A DNA stretch of 46,092 nt from Candidatus Omnitrophota bacterium (GCA_043812495.1 JBDRMG010000006.1:1-46092), one strand, 5' to 3'; positions 7,965 through 17,881 are shown, counted from the stretch's first letter. Made by a program: numbers and translations. The notes: generated from the sequence alone by a model not told the origin.

Positions 7965-9347
7965 ATGAAGAAAAAATTTCTCGCTTTATTTATTCTTTCG
8001 TCTTCCTTGGGCTTGCTGGGAGCCTGGGCAGGGCTTTCGTCAACCCAAGCCCTGATTATCGCCATATTTTCTTTATCCATCCTGGGGACATTATTCTTCT
8101 GGGATTTCCGCCTCAGTTTTGTTTTTATCGGAAGCGGAATATTCCTGGTCTCCGGCATCGTGAATCTCGAGACATTTATTCGGTTTGCCTCTTTGGATGT
8201 TATTCTTTTTCTGATATCGATGATGATCATCGTGGGCATGATGAAAGAGGCCGGCTTTTTTATGTGGCTGATCACTGTTGTGCTGCGCGTCAGAAATCTC
8301 ACCGGCACTAAAATGTTCACCATTATGATGATTGCCTCGGCTGTGTTTTCGGGACTGATGGGTGAGGTGGCTTCGATTATTGTTTTGGTTACCGTGATTC
8401 TTAATATCTGCGATTTTCTTGAAGTGGATCCCACGCCCTTAATCATTTCATCCGTCTTAGCGACCAATATCGGATCGGCCTCAACCGTCTTAGGGAACCC
8501 CGTCGGTGTTCTCATCGCGGCCAGGGGGCACCTGACATTTGAGGATTTCATCACCCATGCCTTACCCTTGTCCACCGTTGTTTTATTGGTCACCATCGTT
8601 GTTTTGTGTTTTTGGTATAAGAATTATATCCGGGAGTTGACGCAAAAACTCAAAGAATATCAAGGCGATGCCAGTTTTCTTTACCTTATCTCTATTCCGC
8701 CGGATGCCAGGACAAAAATCAGCATGGTGATATTCGGCATCACGATATTTCTGATCTCTCTGCATAAGCGTCTGGAACTATTGCTCCGCCTCGAAGAAAA
8801 TACGCTGCTTATTACCATCCCTGTGATCTTTGCGGGGATTGTGATGTTGTATCGCCATGACAAGGCCAGGCATTATATCGAAAAAGAGGTTGAATGGCCT
8901 TCGTTGTTATTCTTCTTATTTTTGTTTGCGCAGGCCGGTGTTATTCAAGCCTCCGGTGTGGCCGACTTCTTTGCCCGTAAAATGATTGATATCGCCGGGC
9001 AGAACCCTAAGATGCTGACCGGGGCGATTTTATTTTCAAGCGGGTTTTTCTCAAGCGGTTTGGATAATGTTGTGGCTGTGGCTTCCTATGTTCCGCTCGT
9101 CAAAAGTCTCGCCGTGTTGCATTATAATCTTGCACCGGTGTGGTGGGCCCTTCTTTTCGGCGCTTGTTACGGCGGGAATATTACCATGATCGGGTCAACC
9201 GCAAATATCGTTGCCTTAGGACTTCTTGAGAAGGAGATGAACATCCGATTAGCCTTCTTGGCCTGGTTAAAGATCGGACTGATTATCGGCCTCTTAAGCA
9301 TGCTGATTGCCTACCTGGCCATTATTACGATCCCCATCTATTTCTAA
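7965..9347 (+). CDS. ArsB/NhaD/SLC13-type ion transporter (IT superfamily)
   Basis: Polytopic; ATNIGSASTVLGNP and GGNITMIGSTANIV hairpin motifs; LDNV. Confidence 0.85.
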   Translation: MKKKFLALFILSSSLGLLGAWAGLSSTQALIIAIFSLSILGTLFFWDFRLSFVFIGSGIFLVSGIVNLETFIRFASLDVILFLISMMIIVGMMKEAGFFMWLITVVLRVRNLTGTKMFTIMMIASAVFSGLMGEVASIIVLVTVILNICDFLEVDPTPLIISSVLATNIGSASTVLGNPVGVLIAARGHLTFEDFITHALPLSTVVLLVTIVVLCFWYKNYIRELTQKLKEYQGDASFLYLISIPPDARTKISMVIFGITIFLISLHKRLELLLRLEENTLLITIPVIFAGIVMLYRHDKARHYIEKEVEWPSLLFFLFLFAQAGVIQASGVADFFARKMIDIAGQNPKMLTGAILFSSGFFSSGLDNVVAVASYVPLVKSLAVLHYNLAPVWWALLFGACYGGNITMIGSTANIVALGLLEKEMNIRLAFLAWLKIGLIIGLLSMLIAYLAIITIPIYF

Positions 9348-9418
9348 CCCTTCGCGTAAGTATAAGGGTGATTCCCTCTTTCTCGTAAGGTTCACGTAAG
9401 GTAAGGTTCAAAATGTAC

Positions 9419-9447
9419 TTGATTGAATGAAGTGAAATATATATAAT
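9419..9447 (+). promoter_or_regulatory. Sigma70-type promoter for trxA
   Basis: TTGATT-17 nt-TATAAT. Confidence 0.6.
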
Positions 9448-9547
9448 ACCGTATCTTTCGGTTTATTAATATTAAGATTAATTTATGACAAAAGAGTGTT
9501 CACGTACACTTTTAATAATCTTCTCAGCAAAAAGGAGGATGCTTGCA

Positions 9548-9868
9548 ATGAGCTCAGTTCAACTTACGGTCAAGAATTTCGAACAAGAAGTTTTGAAGTC
9601 ATCGGTACCTGTTTTGGTTGATTTTTGGGCGGAATGGTGCGGCCCCTGTAAAATGGTGAGCCCGGTGATCGATGAGGTGGCCAAGGAATTTTCGGATCGA
9701 ATTAAAGTCGGCAAAGTCAATATTGACGAGGCGCAGGATTTAGCCATGCGCTATAGCGTGATGTCGATTCCGACTTTGATGTTCTTTAAAGACGGACAAC
9801 CTGTTGACCAAGTGATCGGCGCGGTCGGCAAAGATCAGTTGATCAGCAAGATTAATCAAAATTTGTAA
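9548..9868 (+). CDS. trxA: Thioredoxin
   Basis: [26 protein letters not shown]. Confidence 0.96.
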   Translation: MSSVQLTVKNFEQEVLKSSVPVLVDFWAEWCGPCKMVSPVIDEVAKEFSDRIKVGKVNIDEAQDLAMRYSVMSIPTLMFFKDGQPVDQVIGAVGKDQLISKINQNL

Positions 9869-9909
9869 AAAGGACCCGTGTTTGTTGTTCCAATCGATGA
9901 ATCGTAGAT

Positions 9910-10048
9910 GTTGAAATATTATGATTGTATTTGTCTGGTCCCCGCCCACCAAAATTGTTAAACAATTTTTGGTAGACGGGTTAATTCGGCCAGCAACTTA
10001 CGTTAGCCGACAACGATCGGCATCCGTAAGTTGCGGCCTCATTAAAAG
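9910..10048 (+). repeat. Modular palindromic intergenic element, copy C (abuts the panD RBS)
   Basis: GTTGAAATATTATGATTGTATTTG..CCCCG..CGGGTTAATTCGGCCAGCAACTTACG-[GCCGACAACGATCGGC]-CGTAAGTTGCGGCCTCATTAAAAG. Confidence 0.9.
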
Positions 10049-10058
10049 GAGAAAAAAG

Positions 10059-10409
10059 ATGCTCTTAACATTTTGTCGCGCCAAAATCGCTCAGGCCAAG
10101 GTCACCGAAGCCGAGCTTTATTATGAAGGAAGCATCACCATTGATGAAGCCCTTCTTGAGGCCGTCGGCATTTCACCGGGTGAGAAAGTTGAAGTGCTCA
10201 ATATCAACAATGGGACGCGAACCGAGACTTACGCGATCGCGGGTAAGGTTAAATCCGGCGTGATTTGCCTCAACGGACCGGCCGCCCGCTTGGGTTGCGT
10301 TGGGGATCCGTTGATTATCTTAAGTTACGGACTGATCGAAGAAAAAGACATTAAAAAATACAAAACAAAAGTCGTTTATTGCGATGAAAATAACAGAATT
10401 AAAAGTTAG
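10059..10409 (+). CDS. panD: Aspartate 1-decarboxylase
   Basis: YEG|SITID self-cleavage site, NNGTRTETY, CLNGPAAR. Confidence 0.93.
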   Translation: MLLTFCRAKIAQAKVTEAELYYEGSITIDEALLEAVGISPGEKVEVLNINNGTRTETYAIAGKVKSGVICLNGPAARLGCVGDPLIILSYGLIEEKDIKKYKTKVVYCDENNRIKS

Positions 10410-10899
10410 GGTGTATGGCGATCCTTGCTTAAGAAAGAAATGTAAGCCGATTAAGAAAGTCGGTCCAGCCGAGCGCATGATCATTTCTTCAATGATTCAA
10501 GCCATGTATGATCATAAAGGCATCGGGTTGGCGGCGCCTCAGATTGGGATCAACGAACAGCTTTTTGTCGCCGATATCGGTGACGGTCCCTTTGCCGTCA
10601 TCAATCCGCGTATTTTCAAACAAAGAGGCGCGAATATCATGGAAGAAGGGTGCCTTTGCCTTCCGGGTATTTCCGTGAAGGTCCGACGTTCCAAGAAAAT
10701 TGTTGTTCAGTATATCGACGAACAAAACCAAAAGGTCGAAAAAGAGTGCGATGATCTCTTGGCCAAAGTTTTTCAGCATGAAACCGATCATCTGAAGGGC
10801 AAGATGATTATTGATCATGCCAGTTTGAGAGAAAAGATAAAATACCGGAAGCAATTAGCTCAATTGCGAAAACTGAGTCGAACCAACAAAGACACATAA
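10384..10899 (+). CDS. def: Peptide deformylase
   Basis: GIGLAAPQIG, EGCLC, QHETDHL. Confidence 0.96.
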   Translation: MKITELKVRVYGDPCLRKKCKPIKKVGPAERMIISSMIQAMYDHKGIGLAAPQIGINEQLFVADIGDGPFAVINPRIFKQRGANIMEEGCLCLPGISVKVRRSKKIVVQYIDEQNQKVEKECDDLLAKVFQHETDHLKGKMIIDHASLREKIKYRKQLAQLRKLSRTNKDT

Positions 10900-10915
10900 A
10901 ACAAAAGGTTTCCCT

Positions 10916-11815
10916 ATGTCTGCCGCTGAAACGCTTCCTTCCTGGTTCAAACAGAGCATTCCCGATACGGATAAGATTCGCACCTTGAAGAACAGCCTTC
11001 AGGCATCGCATATTCATACGGTTTGTCAAAGCGCGCAATGTCCTAATGTCGGACAATGCTGGTCAAAAAAAGTCGCTACATTTATGATTTTAGGCGACCG
11101 ATGTACGCGCTTATGTCGATTTTGTGCCGTTTCTTCCGGCGATCCGCACCCGGTGGATCACCGCGAACCATACAAAGTTGCCCAAATGGTCAAGGTGCTT
11201 GGTTGTCGATACATCGTTGTGACGTCTGTGACGCGCGATGATCTTGCCGACGGCGGGGCTTTTCATTTTGCGCAAACTATTTTTGAAATCAAGAAACTTT
11301 GTCCTGACGTTAAGATTGAAGTTCTTATTCCCGATTTTTCCGGAGATCCTCGGCTGTTGAAAATCGTCACCGATTCCCGGCCTGATGTCCTGAGTCATAA
11401 TATGGAAACCGTTAAGCGATTATTCAAAACCGTCAGACCCCAAGCGGATTATCAACGGTCCCTGGATGTTTTAACATGGGCGGGAAAACTCAATAATCAG
11501 ATAGCGGTGAAATCCGGCTTTATGGTCGGCTTGGGTGAAACGAATGAAGAGATTAGGGCGCTAGTGACGGACATCAGGGCAACCGGATGCCAAATACTGA
11601 CCATAGGACAGTACCTCGCACCGACAAAAACACAAAGACACCTTCGCGTTGAACGTTTTGTCCCACCGGAAGAATTCAAATCTTTTCGACAATACGCGCT
11701 CACCTTGGGTTTTCAGCATGTGGCAAGCGGACCCTTGGTGAGAAGCTCGTATTTGGCCGAAGAAGGTTACAAAAGTTACCAAAGAAACAAAGCAAGAGAA
11801 TCCGTATGCGTTTAA
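10916..11815 (+). CDS. lipA: Lipoyl synthase
   Basis: CQSAQCPNVGQC, CTRLCRFC, RSSY. Confidence 0.96.
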   Translation: MSAAETLPSWFKQSIPDTDKIRTLKNSLQASHIHTVCQSAQCPNVGQCWSKKVATFMILGDRCTRLCRFCAVSSGDPHPVDHREPYKVAQMVKVLGCRYIVVTSVTRDDLADGGAFHFAQTIFEIKKLCPDVKIEVLIPDFSGDPRLLKIVTDSRPDVLSHNMETVKRLFKTVRPQADYQRSLDVLTWAGKLNNQIAVKSGFMVGLGETNEEIRALVTDIRATGCQILTIGQYLAPTKTQRHLRVERFVPPEEFKSFRQYALTLGFQHVASGPLVRSSYLAEEGYKSYQRNKARESVCV

Positions 11816-12804
11816 AAGAGCGAACCAAAAATTTTCTGATGTTTTTCCTGCGATTCGGCCTGAGCACCGTTCTTTTGGTTTATTTATTCCATAAAATTGA
11901 TACTCAAAAGATGTCGGAAACCCTGAAAAATGCCGACTTGCGTTATATTGTTTTGGGCGCTTTGGTTTTTCTTGTCATTCATTGCTTTCTTCTGATCCGA
12001 TGGCTTATTTTTATCAAAGCCCTGAATCTGAAAATCCCCTTTTCAAGCATTGTGAGGTATTTTTTCATCGGATTATTTTTTAACCTTTTTTTACCCACTT
12101 CGACGGGAGGGGATGTCGTGAAAACCCTCTTTTTGTTTAAAGATACGGAGCACAAAGCCGAAGCGGTGGCCACCGTTGTTGCCGACCGTCTCTTTGGGTT
12201 TATTTCCATCGCGCTTGTCGCTACGGTGGCTTTTATTTTTGGCCACCGTTTGATTGATGACAACTCTATTTTATGGTTGATCGGCATCTTGGCCGGCGCG
12301 TGCTTTATGATCACCTTGGTCTTATTCAACGAGAAACTGTACAGCTTTTGTTGCCGAATATTCCGACCTTTTCCGAGCATCGAAGAAAAATTGATGAATT
12401 TTCACTATGCCATTGCTTTATTAAAAGGTAAACATTCGACGATTGTTTGGACAGTGGGGATCTCCTGCTTTACGCAGTTGTTATTGGCCGTATCTTTTTA
12501 TTTTGTCGCCAAGGCATTCGGTCAGCATATCTCCTTTGGCTATTTTCCGATTTTTGTCCCGATCATTTGTGTCATCTCCTCTTTGCCCTCTATCGGAGGC
12601 TTGGGGGTCAGAGATGTCGGCTCAGCGTATCTTTTTACCAAAACCGGTATGGTCGCGTCGGTCGCGGTCAGCATGAGTCTCATGAGTTTCTTGTATATGG
12701 TGTTGATCGGTTTAATTGGCGGGGTTTTCTATGTCATTGCATTATCTCCTCGACGGGTACAATGTGACCAAGCAGATTCCGGCATGTGCCCGAGGAAAAC
12801 TTGA
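11806..12804 (+). CDS. Lysylphosphatidylglycerol synthase TM / flippase-like protein (UPF0104)
   Basis: FFNLFLPTSTGGDVVK, VVADRLFG, LPSIGGLGVRD. Confidence 0.85.
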   Translation: MRLKERTKNFLMFFLRFGLSTVLLVYLFHKIDTQKMSETLKNADLRYIVLGALVFLVIHCFLLIRWLIFIKALNLKIPFSSIVRYFFIGLFFNLFLPTSTGGDVVKTLFLFKDTEHKAEAVATVVADRLFGFISIALVATVAFIFGHRLIDDNSILWLIGILAGACFMITLVLFNEKLYSFCCRIFRPFPSIEEKLMNFHYAIALLKGKHSTIVWTVGISCFTQLLLAVSFYFVAKAFGQHISFGYFPIFVPIICVISSLPSIGGLGVRDVGSAYLFTKTGMVASVAVSMSLMSFLYMVLIGLIGGVFYVIALSPRRVQCDQADSGMCPRKT

Positions 12805-13243
12805 AGGGGAACGCAAAAGCCTGGTTCGGTTGATTGAGTTGACCAGTCCCCAGGGGAGTCCTAAAAATAAGGTCACGATTGTCTTTGACGGTCTCTCGGA
12901 TATGGCTTATGCGCAAGAGGCATCCTCTGTGAAGGTTGTGTTTTCTCAAGGGGAAAGCGGGGATGAGAAAATCAGAGAAATTGTGCAATCCACCGCTCAT
13001 AAGAAGAATATGATTGTCGTGAGCGACGATAAGGAATTAAAGTTTTCGGTTCGGGCCCTGGGCGCAAAAGTTATGAGCGTGAAAGACTTTCTGGCTAAGA
13101 TTCGGATTCAATCGGCCTTGCCCAGAATGAAACCATCACAGAATAAAATCAAAGAGGAAAGAAAATACATCGCCAAGTCCCTAGAGGATCAGATCAACAA
13201 AGAGCTTGCAGGAATTTGGCTCTCATCGAAATCGGACCAATAA
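12731..13243 (+). CDS. YacP-like NYN domain ribonuclease
   Basis: YLLDGYNV, IVFDG, SGDEKI, VVSDDKEL. Confidence 0.85.
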   Translation: MSLHYLLDGYNVTKQIPACARGKLEGERKSLVRLIELTSPQGSPKNKVTIVFDGLSDMAYAQEASSVKVVFSQGESGDEKIREIVQSTAHKKNMIVVSDDKELKFSVRALGAKVMSVKDFLAKIRIQSALPRMKPSQNKIKEERKYIAKSLEDQINKELAGIWLSSKSDQ

Positions 13244-13253
13244 AGTTTAATCC

Positions 13254-14021
13254 ATGAAACATGTACTTGAATATATTATTGGTTTTATCACAGGCATCGG
13301 GAATGCTTTATTCTTCCTTGGCTCCGTCGTGGGCTGTATTGTCAGAGGAAAAATCCGGTTAGGTGAAGTTCTGAAACAGATTTATGAGCTTGGTATGCAA
13401 TCCGTTGTTGTCATCGCCGTCGGTTCTTTGGCCTCGGGAATTGTTTTGGCCTTGCAGGGTTTTGTGACTTTGTCTCGTTTTGGAGCCAAGGAATACGTAG
13501 CCCATTTGGTGGCTCTTTCTTTGGTGCGCGAATTAAGCCCTGTGTTCAGCTCCTTTATTTTCTCAGGGAAAGCCGGAGCGCGTATTACCGCCGAATTGGG
13601 CTCGATGAGTGTGAATGACCAAATCATGGCCACCAAGGTTATGGGCGTTGATCCTATTGAATTTCTTATTGTTCCGCGGATGATTGCTTGCTTTTTTGTG
13701 CTGCCGATTTTAGTCGTGATTAGCGAGATCATCGGTATTGCTGGTGGCTATTTTATCGGTGTTTCCGAAGGTAATATCCCGGGTTCGTTTTATATCAATC
13801 AGACCATGTCCGCGATCGGTTATGTGGATTTCTTCAGCGGTTTTATTAAAGCCTTTTTCTTTTCTATCATTATCGGATGGGTCTGTTGCTATCAGGGATA
13901 TACAACGCGCGGCGGTTCCTTGGGAGTGGGGAAATACACGACCAAGGCCGTTGCGATGTCTTATATATTGGTTGTTCTGGCTGATGCCTTGTTGACAAAA
14001 ATTATATTAACGTTTTGGTGA
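13254..14021 (+). CDS. mlaE: MlaE-family ABC permease
   Basis: LVRELSPV, GARITAELGSM, MGVDPIEFLIVPR. Confidence 0.92.
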   Translation: MKHVLEYIIGFITGIGNALFFLGSVVGCIVRGKIRLGEVLKQIYELGMQSVVVIAVGSLASGIVLALQGFVTLSRFGAKEYVAHLVALSLVRELSPVFSSFIFSGKAGARITAELGSMSVNDQIMATKVMGVDPIEFLIVPRMIACFFVLPILVVISEIIGIAGGYFIGVSEGNIPGSFYINQTMSAIGYVDFFSGFIKAFFFSIIIGWVCCYQGYTTRGGSLGVGKYTTKAVAMSYILVVLADALLTKIILTFW

Positions 14022-14100
14022 CATCCTATATAGAGAAAAATATGATGTCTGATTTCAATGATGAAAAACAAGATTTCAGGGATTAAACAGGAGGGCATAC

Positions 14101-14475
14101 GTGAAATATTCTCTTAAAATATTAACGGTGTGTTTAATAATTTCTTTTGGCGTCTCATTTTTGGGTTGCGAAGGTACAATAAAAACCAAAAAAAAGCCCA
14201 AAGCCTATTCGGCCCCGGAAGAAGAAGCCTTATGGATCCGCAACGGCGAACCCATCAAATTTGAGAATGAGATGTGGTATCCGAGCGATACGCTGGAAAA
14301 TTTGCTTGATTACGAGGTGATTTTGATGGGAGATTACCGGGGAGTGGAATATTTTATTGAAAAAGCCGATGTGCGCCCCTTTGGTCAATTGTACACAAAA
14401 TTCGCGGCCCATAAATTCAGAAAGTTTCGAAAAGAAAGAAGGAAAGAGATTGATCAAAATCAGAAATCTCAATAA
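14101..14475 (+). CDS. Hypothetical lipoprotein inside the mla operon
   Basis: GTG start with SD GGAG; lipobox FLGC. Confidence 0.6.
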   Translation: MKYSLKILTVCLIISFGVSFLGCEGTIKTKKKPKAYSAPEEEALWIRNGEPIKFENEMWYPSDTLENLLDYEVILMGDYRGVEYFIEKADVRPFGQLYTKFAAHKFRKFRKERRKEIDQNQKSQ

Positions 14476-15196
14476 GCAGTTTGACGAAAAAATGATTCTT
14501 TCCGACATCAACCTCGATGTCGCGGAGGCGGAAATTGTCGCTATTTTGGGCCCGAGCGGTTCGGGCAAAAGCGTCTTTTTAAGGCATTTGATCGGACTCC
14601 TGAAGCCTGATTCGGGAACCATCGAAATCGATTCCGTCGACATGGTTCATGTAAAAGAAAAAGAGTTATTGAAGATGCGCAAGAATATCGGCTATCTTTT
14701 TCAGGAAGGGGCGTTATTTGATTTTATGACCATTTATGAGAATTTGGCCTTTCCGCTTGAGGAGCATACGCATCTGAGTCATCGGCAGATTGACGAGAAA
14801 ATTAAAGAAATGCTAAAATTAGTCGGTCTCCATGACGTTGAGCATAAATTTCCGGTCGAATTAAGCGGCGGTATGAGAAAACGGGCGGCGCTCGCCAGGG
14901 CCGTGATCCTGGGGACAAAATTCCTTTTTTGCGATGAGCCGACCTCAGGGCTTGATCCCATCCGCAGCTTCGATATTTCTAATCTCATTAAGGATATTTC
15001 GCGGCGCCTTCATTGCACGACGATCATTACCTCCCATGATATTCCGAATTCTCTGCGCATGGCGGATCGTTTGGTGATTATTCATGAAGGGCGGTTTGTC
15101 GCGATCGGAACGCAAAAAGAATTACTATCATCGAAAGATGCATTTATCCAGGAATTTTTAAACAGATCCTGCCTGAACAATGTTTTGGCCAGATAA
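14450..15196 (+). CDS. mlaF: MlaF-family ABC ATPase
   Basis: GPSGSGKS, FQEGALFD, LSGGMRKR, DEPTSGLDP. Confidence 0.92.
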   Translation: MIKIRNLNKQFDEKMILSDINLDVAEAEIVAILGPSGSGKSVFLRHLIGLLKPDSGTIEIDSVDMVHVKEKELLKMRKNIGYLFQEGALFDFMTIYENLAFPLEEHTHLSHRQIDEKIKEMLKLVGLHDVEHKFPVELSGGMRKRAALARAVILGTKFLFCDEPTSGLDPIRSFDISNLIKDISRRLHCTTIITSHDIPNSLRMADRLVIIHEGRFVAIGTQKELLSSKDAFIQEFLNRSCLNNVLAR

Positions 15197-15212
15197 CGGT
15201 ACGGAGGCTTAA

Positions 15213-15806
15213 ATGGAAAAAAGAGATTTCGTTAAGCGACTATACGCCGGAATATTTTTTATTATCGGAATCGTTTTGATTTTAGTGGTGGTTCTGGCGA
15301 TAGGCATGGAGAAAGGAATTACCCAGCCGAAATTTACCGTTCGAGTTGTTTTTCGCGAAGTCGGCGGATTGTCCGTGGGAGCCCCTGTTCGGTTGTCGGG
15401 CGTGAATATCGGCACCGTCGGAAGAATCGATTTTTTAAATGAAAAGATCAATGGGCGCGCCGTTGCCGTGACGCTTCATATCTTTAGAAGATACAAAAGC
15501 CAGCTGGAGAAAAGCTCAAGGTTTGCCATCAAAACAGAAGGAGTCTTGGGAGAGAAGATCGTCAAAATTAGCATGGACGAAGCTGAACAAAAGATTGATC
15601 TTTCTGATATCATTATCGGAGAAGATCCTTTGGATGTTCAGGATCTGGCTGAATCATTCGGGGATACAGCCAAATCCCTGACAGAGACGTCAAAAACAAT
15701 TAATCAAATCATATCCGAACTTCAGGATATTGCCAAAACATCAAAACGATTATTGGACCGTATCGAAAATCATATTATCGAGGGAAATATATTTAGTGTA
15801 TTTTAG
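15213..15806 (+). CDS. mlaD: MCE/MlaD family protein
   Basis: GLSVGAPVRLSGVNIGTV, TEGVLGEK. Confidence 0.9.
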   Translation: MEKRDFVKRLYAGIFFIIGIVLILVVVLAIGMEKGITQPKFTVRVVFREVGGLSVGAPVRLSGVNIGTVGRIDFLNEKINGRAVAVTLHIFRRYKSQLEKSSRFAIKTEGVLGEKIVKISMDEAEQKIDLSDIIIGEDPLDVQDLAESFGDTAKSLTETSKTINQIISELQDIAKTSKRLLDRIENHIIEGNIFSVF

Positions 15807-15833
15807 AGATTATTTTGGCCCTAAGGAGGCCGG

Positions 15834-16919
15834 ATGATGCAAGATGTGAATATTTTTGGATTTTCTATTTCTGCCTGGATCGCTTTGCCGATCGTTTACC
15901 TTGTTTGGGTGACGATTCTTCTCATTGTGAAGAAGACCGTCTTCGTTTACATCAGGAAAATCGCGTCCAAAACAAAGACACAGATCGATGATATATTATT
16001 ACAGGCCTTGGATTTTCCCCTGTCATTGTTGATCTTTACAAGCGGCGGAGCCATCATTGAGCGGATGATTCCTGTTGGGGCCGAAGCGGAGTTGACGAGA
16101 TATTTCTTGGTTGGCTTTAAGGCCGCGACGATTATCGCTATTGTTTTATTCGCTGATAAACTCATTACCGGCCTCATCAGATTATATTCCGATAAAGTTG
16201 ACATCCTCAAAACATCCAGCGGTGTCGCGAGCGGCGTTGTGCGCATTATCGTCATCGGCATCGGCATTTTGATCCTTTTGGATAGTTTTGGGGTATCGAT
16301 TACGCCTATTATCGCGTCTTTAGGCGTGGGTTCGCTCGCCGTGGCCCTCGCCCTGCAGCCGACGCTTGAGAATTTCTTTTCCGGCATTCAGCTGGTGATT
16401 GATAAGCCCATTCAAGTCGGGCAATTTATTAAACTGGAAACCGGAGAAGAGGGGTATGTTCAAAAGATCGGTTGGCGCTCGTCGTGGATACGTATGCTGC
16501 CCAACAATGTCGTGGTTTTGCCTAACAAGATATTGGTGAATGCCAAGATTATCAATTATTATTATCCTTCAACCGACTTAGCGGTTCTTATTCAAGTCGG
16601 CGTGCATTATGAATCTGATTTAGAGCATGTCGAGCGCGTCACGATTGAGGTGGGCCGCGAAGTCATGAAAGAAGTGACCGGCGGAATTCCGGAGTTTGAA
16701 CCCTTTATCCGTTATCATACGTTTGACGATTTCAGTATCAACTTTACCGTGATTTTACGCGCGAAAGAATTCGTGGACAACTACTTGATTAAACACGAAT
16801 TTATCAAGCGCCTGCATAAGCGCTATGCCAAAAAGGGCATTGTCATTCCGTATCCTATTCGCGCCGTCAACTATGATCAGGAGAAGGCTTTTGAAAAAAG
16901 CTCAACGCACAAGAAATAA
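15834..16919 (+). CDS. mscS: Small-conductance mechanosensitive channel
   Basis: ASLGVGSLAVALALQ..NFFSGI..KPIQVGQFI, IPYP. Confidence 0.92.
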   Translation: MMQDVNIFGFSISAWIALPIVYLVWVTILLIVKKTVFVYIRKIASKTKTQIDDILLQALDFPLSLLIFTSGGAIIERMIPVGAEAELTRYFLVGFKAATIIAIVLFADKLITGLIRLYSDKVDILKTSSGVASGVVRIIVIGIGILILLDSFGVSITPIIASLGVGSLAVALALQPTLENFFSGIQLVIDKPIQVGQFIKLETGEEGYVQKIGWRSSWIRMLPNNVVVLPNKILVNAKIINYYYPSTDLAVLIQVGVHYESDLEHVERVTIEVGREVMKEVTGGIPEFEPFIRYHTFDDFSINFTVILRAKEFVDNYLIKHEFIKRLHKRYAKKGIVIPYPIRAVNYDQEKAFEKSSTHKK

Positions 16920-16945
16920 CTACCTAAGACAGAGGAGTCAACCGG

Positions 16946-17239
16946 ATGTTCGTTCTCAGTAATTTTATCGTCTCGATCGCGCAAATTGTGTATGTGCTTT
17001 TAACAATTCTCTATTGGCTCATTTTGATTCGCGCCTTGATCAGCTGGGTGAGCCCTGATCCGCTTAATCCCATTGTGCAGTTTCTTTACCGGACCACCGA
17101 ACCCATTTTGAACCCCATTCGGCGTTTTCTTCCTCTTTCGGGAATCGATTTTTCGCCGATTATCGCTTTTTTGGGTATTATGTTTTTGAAGACATTTTTA
17201 GTCAGAACGCTTTATGATCTGGCCGAGCACCTTCGTTAA
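16946..17239 (+). CDS. yggT: YggT family membrane protein
   Basis: LISWVSPDPLNP..TEPILNPIRR..IDFSPI. Confidence 0.92.
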   Translation: MFVLSNFIVSIAQIVYVLLTILYWLILIRALISWVSPDPLNPIVQFLYRTTEPILNPIRRFLPLSGIDFSPIIAFLGIMFLKTFLVRTLYDLAEHLR

Positions 17240-17277
17240 TTGGTCAATGGTCTAAGAAGCGACAAAAGGAATCATAT

Positions 17278-17571
17278 ATGCTTGATAAGATGAAACAGCT
17301 CATGGAGATGAAAAGGCAAATGGAAACTATTAAGCGTGAACTGGACTCGACTGTGATCGATGTCCATGCGATTGAGGGCATTCGCGTTTCGATCAATGGG
17401 TCTCAAAAATTTCGTTCGATAGAAATTGGCGAGCAATACTTGAATAAGGAAAATCACAAGCGTCTTTGCGAAGAGCTTGTGCGAAGCCTCAATGCCGCGA
17501 TTGATCAATCGCAAAAGGCGGCCGCGCAAAAAATGAAAGACGTAACAAGTCTTCAACTGCCGGGCTTATAA
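17278..17571 (+). CDS. YbaB/EbfC nucleoid-associated protein
   Basis: Size; MKQLMEM..VSING..NAAIDQ..LPGL. Confidence 0.75.
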   Translation: MLDKMKQLMEMKRQMETIKRELDSTVIDVHAIEGIRVSINGSQKFRSIEIGEQYLNKENHKRLCEELVRSLNAAIDQSQKAAAQKMKDVTSLQLPGL

Positions 17572-17633
17572 AAATAGCGGAATGCCATTTTAAGCAGACG
17601 GCTTACCAACAACGGTCGGAAAAGGAGGATGTT

Positions 17634-17867
17634 ATGCCGTACGACAAGTCATTGGATGTGGAAACCTTTAAAGAAGAACGAGAGATGGGAGACACCAAAT
17701 TGACCGTCGGGGTCTTTTCCTATAATCAGGGAGGAAAGAAGATCCAGATTTCCCGCGAAAACAGAAACAGAGACGGGGAGTGGCAATTTGTGAAGATGGG
17801 CCGCCTCAATAAGGAAGAAGCCGAAGCGATTCTTCCTTTGATGCAAAAGGCCCTTGAGCAAATGTAA
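17634..17867 (+). CDS. Small hypothetical protein, possibly PC4/Whirly-like nucleic-acid binder
   Basis: Strong SD AAGGAGG; beta-rich FSYN..IQISRE..W.F.K.GRL..EEA pattern. Confidence 0.6.
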   Translation: MPYDKSLDVETFKEEREMGDTKLTVGVFSYNQGGKKIQISRENRNRDGEWQFVKMGRLNKEEAEAILPLMQKALEQM

Positions 17868-17881
17868 ACAAACGGAATTCT

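Noticed and set aside
7961..8596. Long antisense ORFs (also 7251-7787, 15947-16387, 27068-27658, 36547-37086 and others)
   Set aside because: They are shadows of well-supported + strand genes and have no motifs or RBS.
9921..10058. N-terminal extension of PanD in the ORF track (likewise HflX 36797-36910 and DoxX 3379-3495)
   Set aside because: The extensions are read-through of intergenic repeat elements; family homology begins at the downstream ATG.
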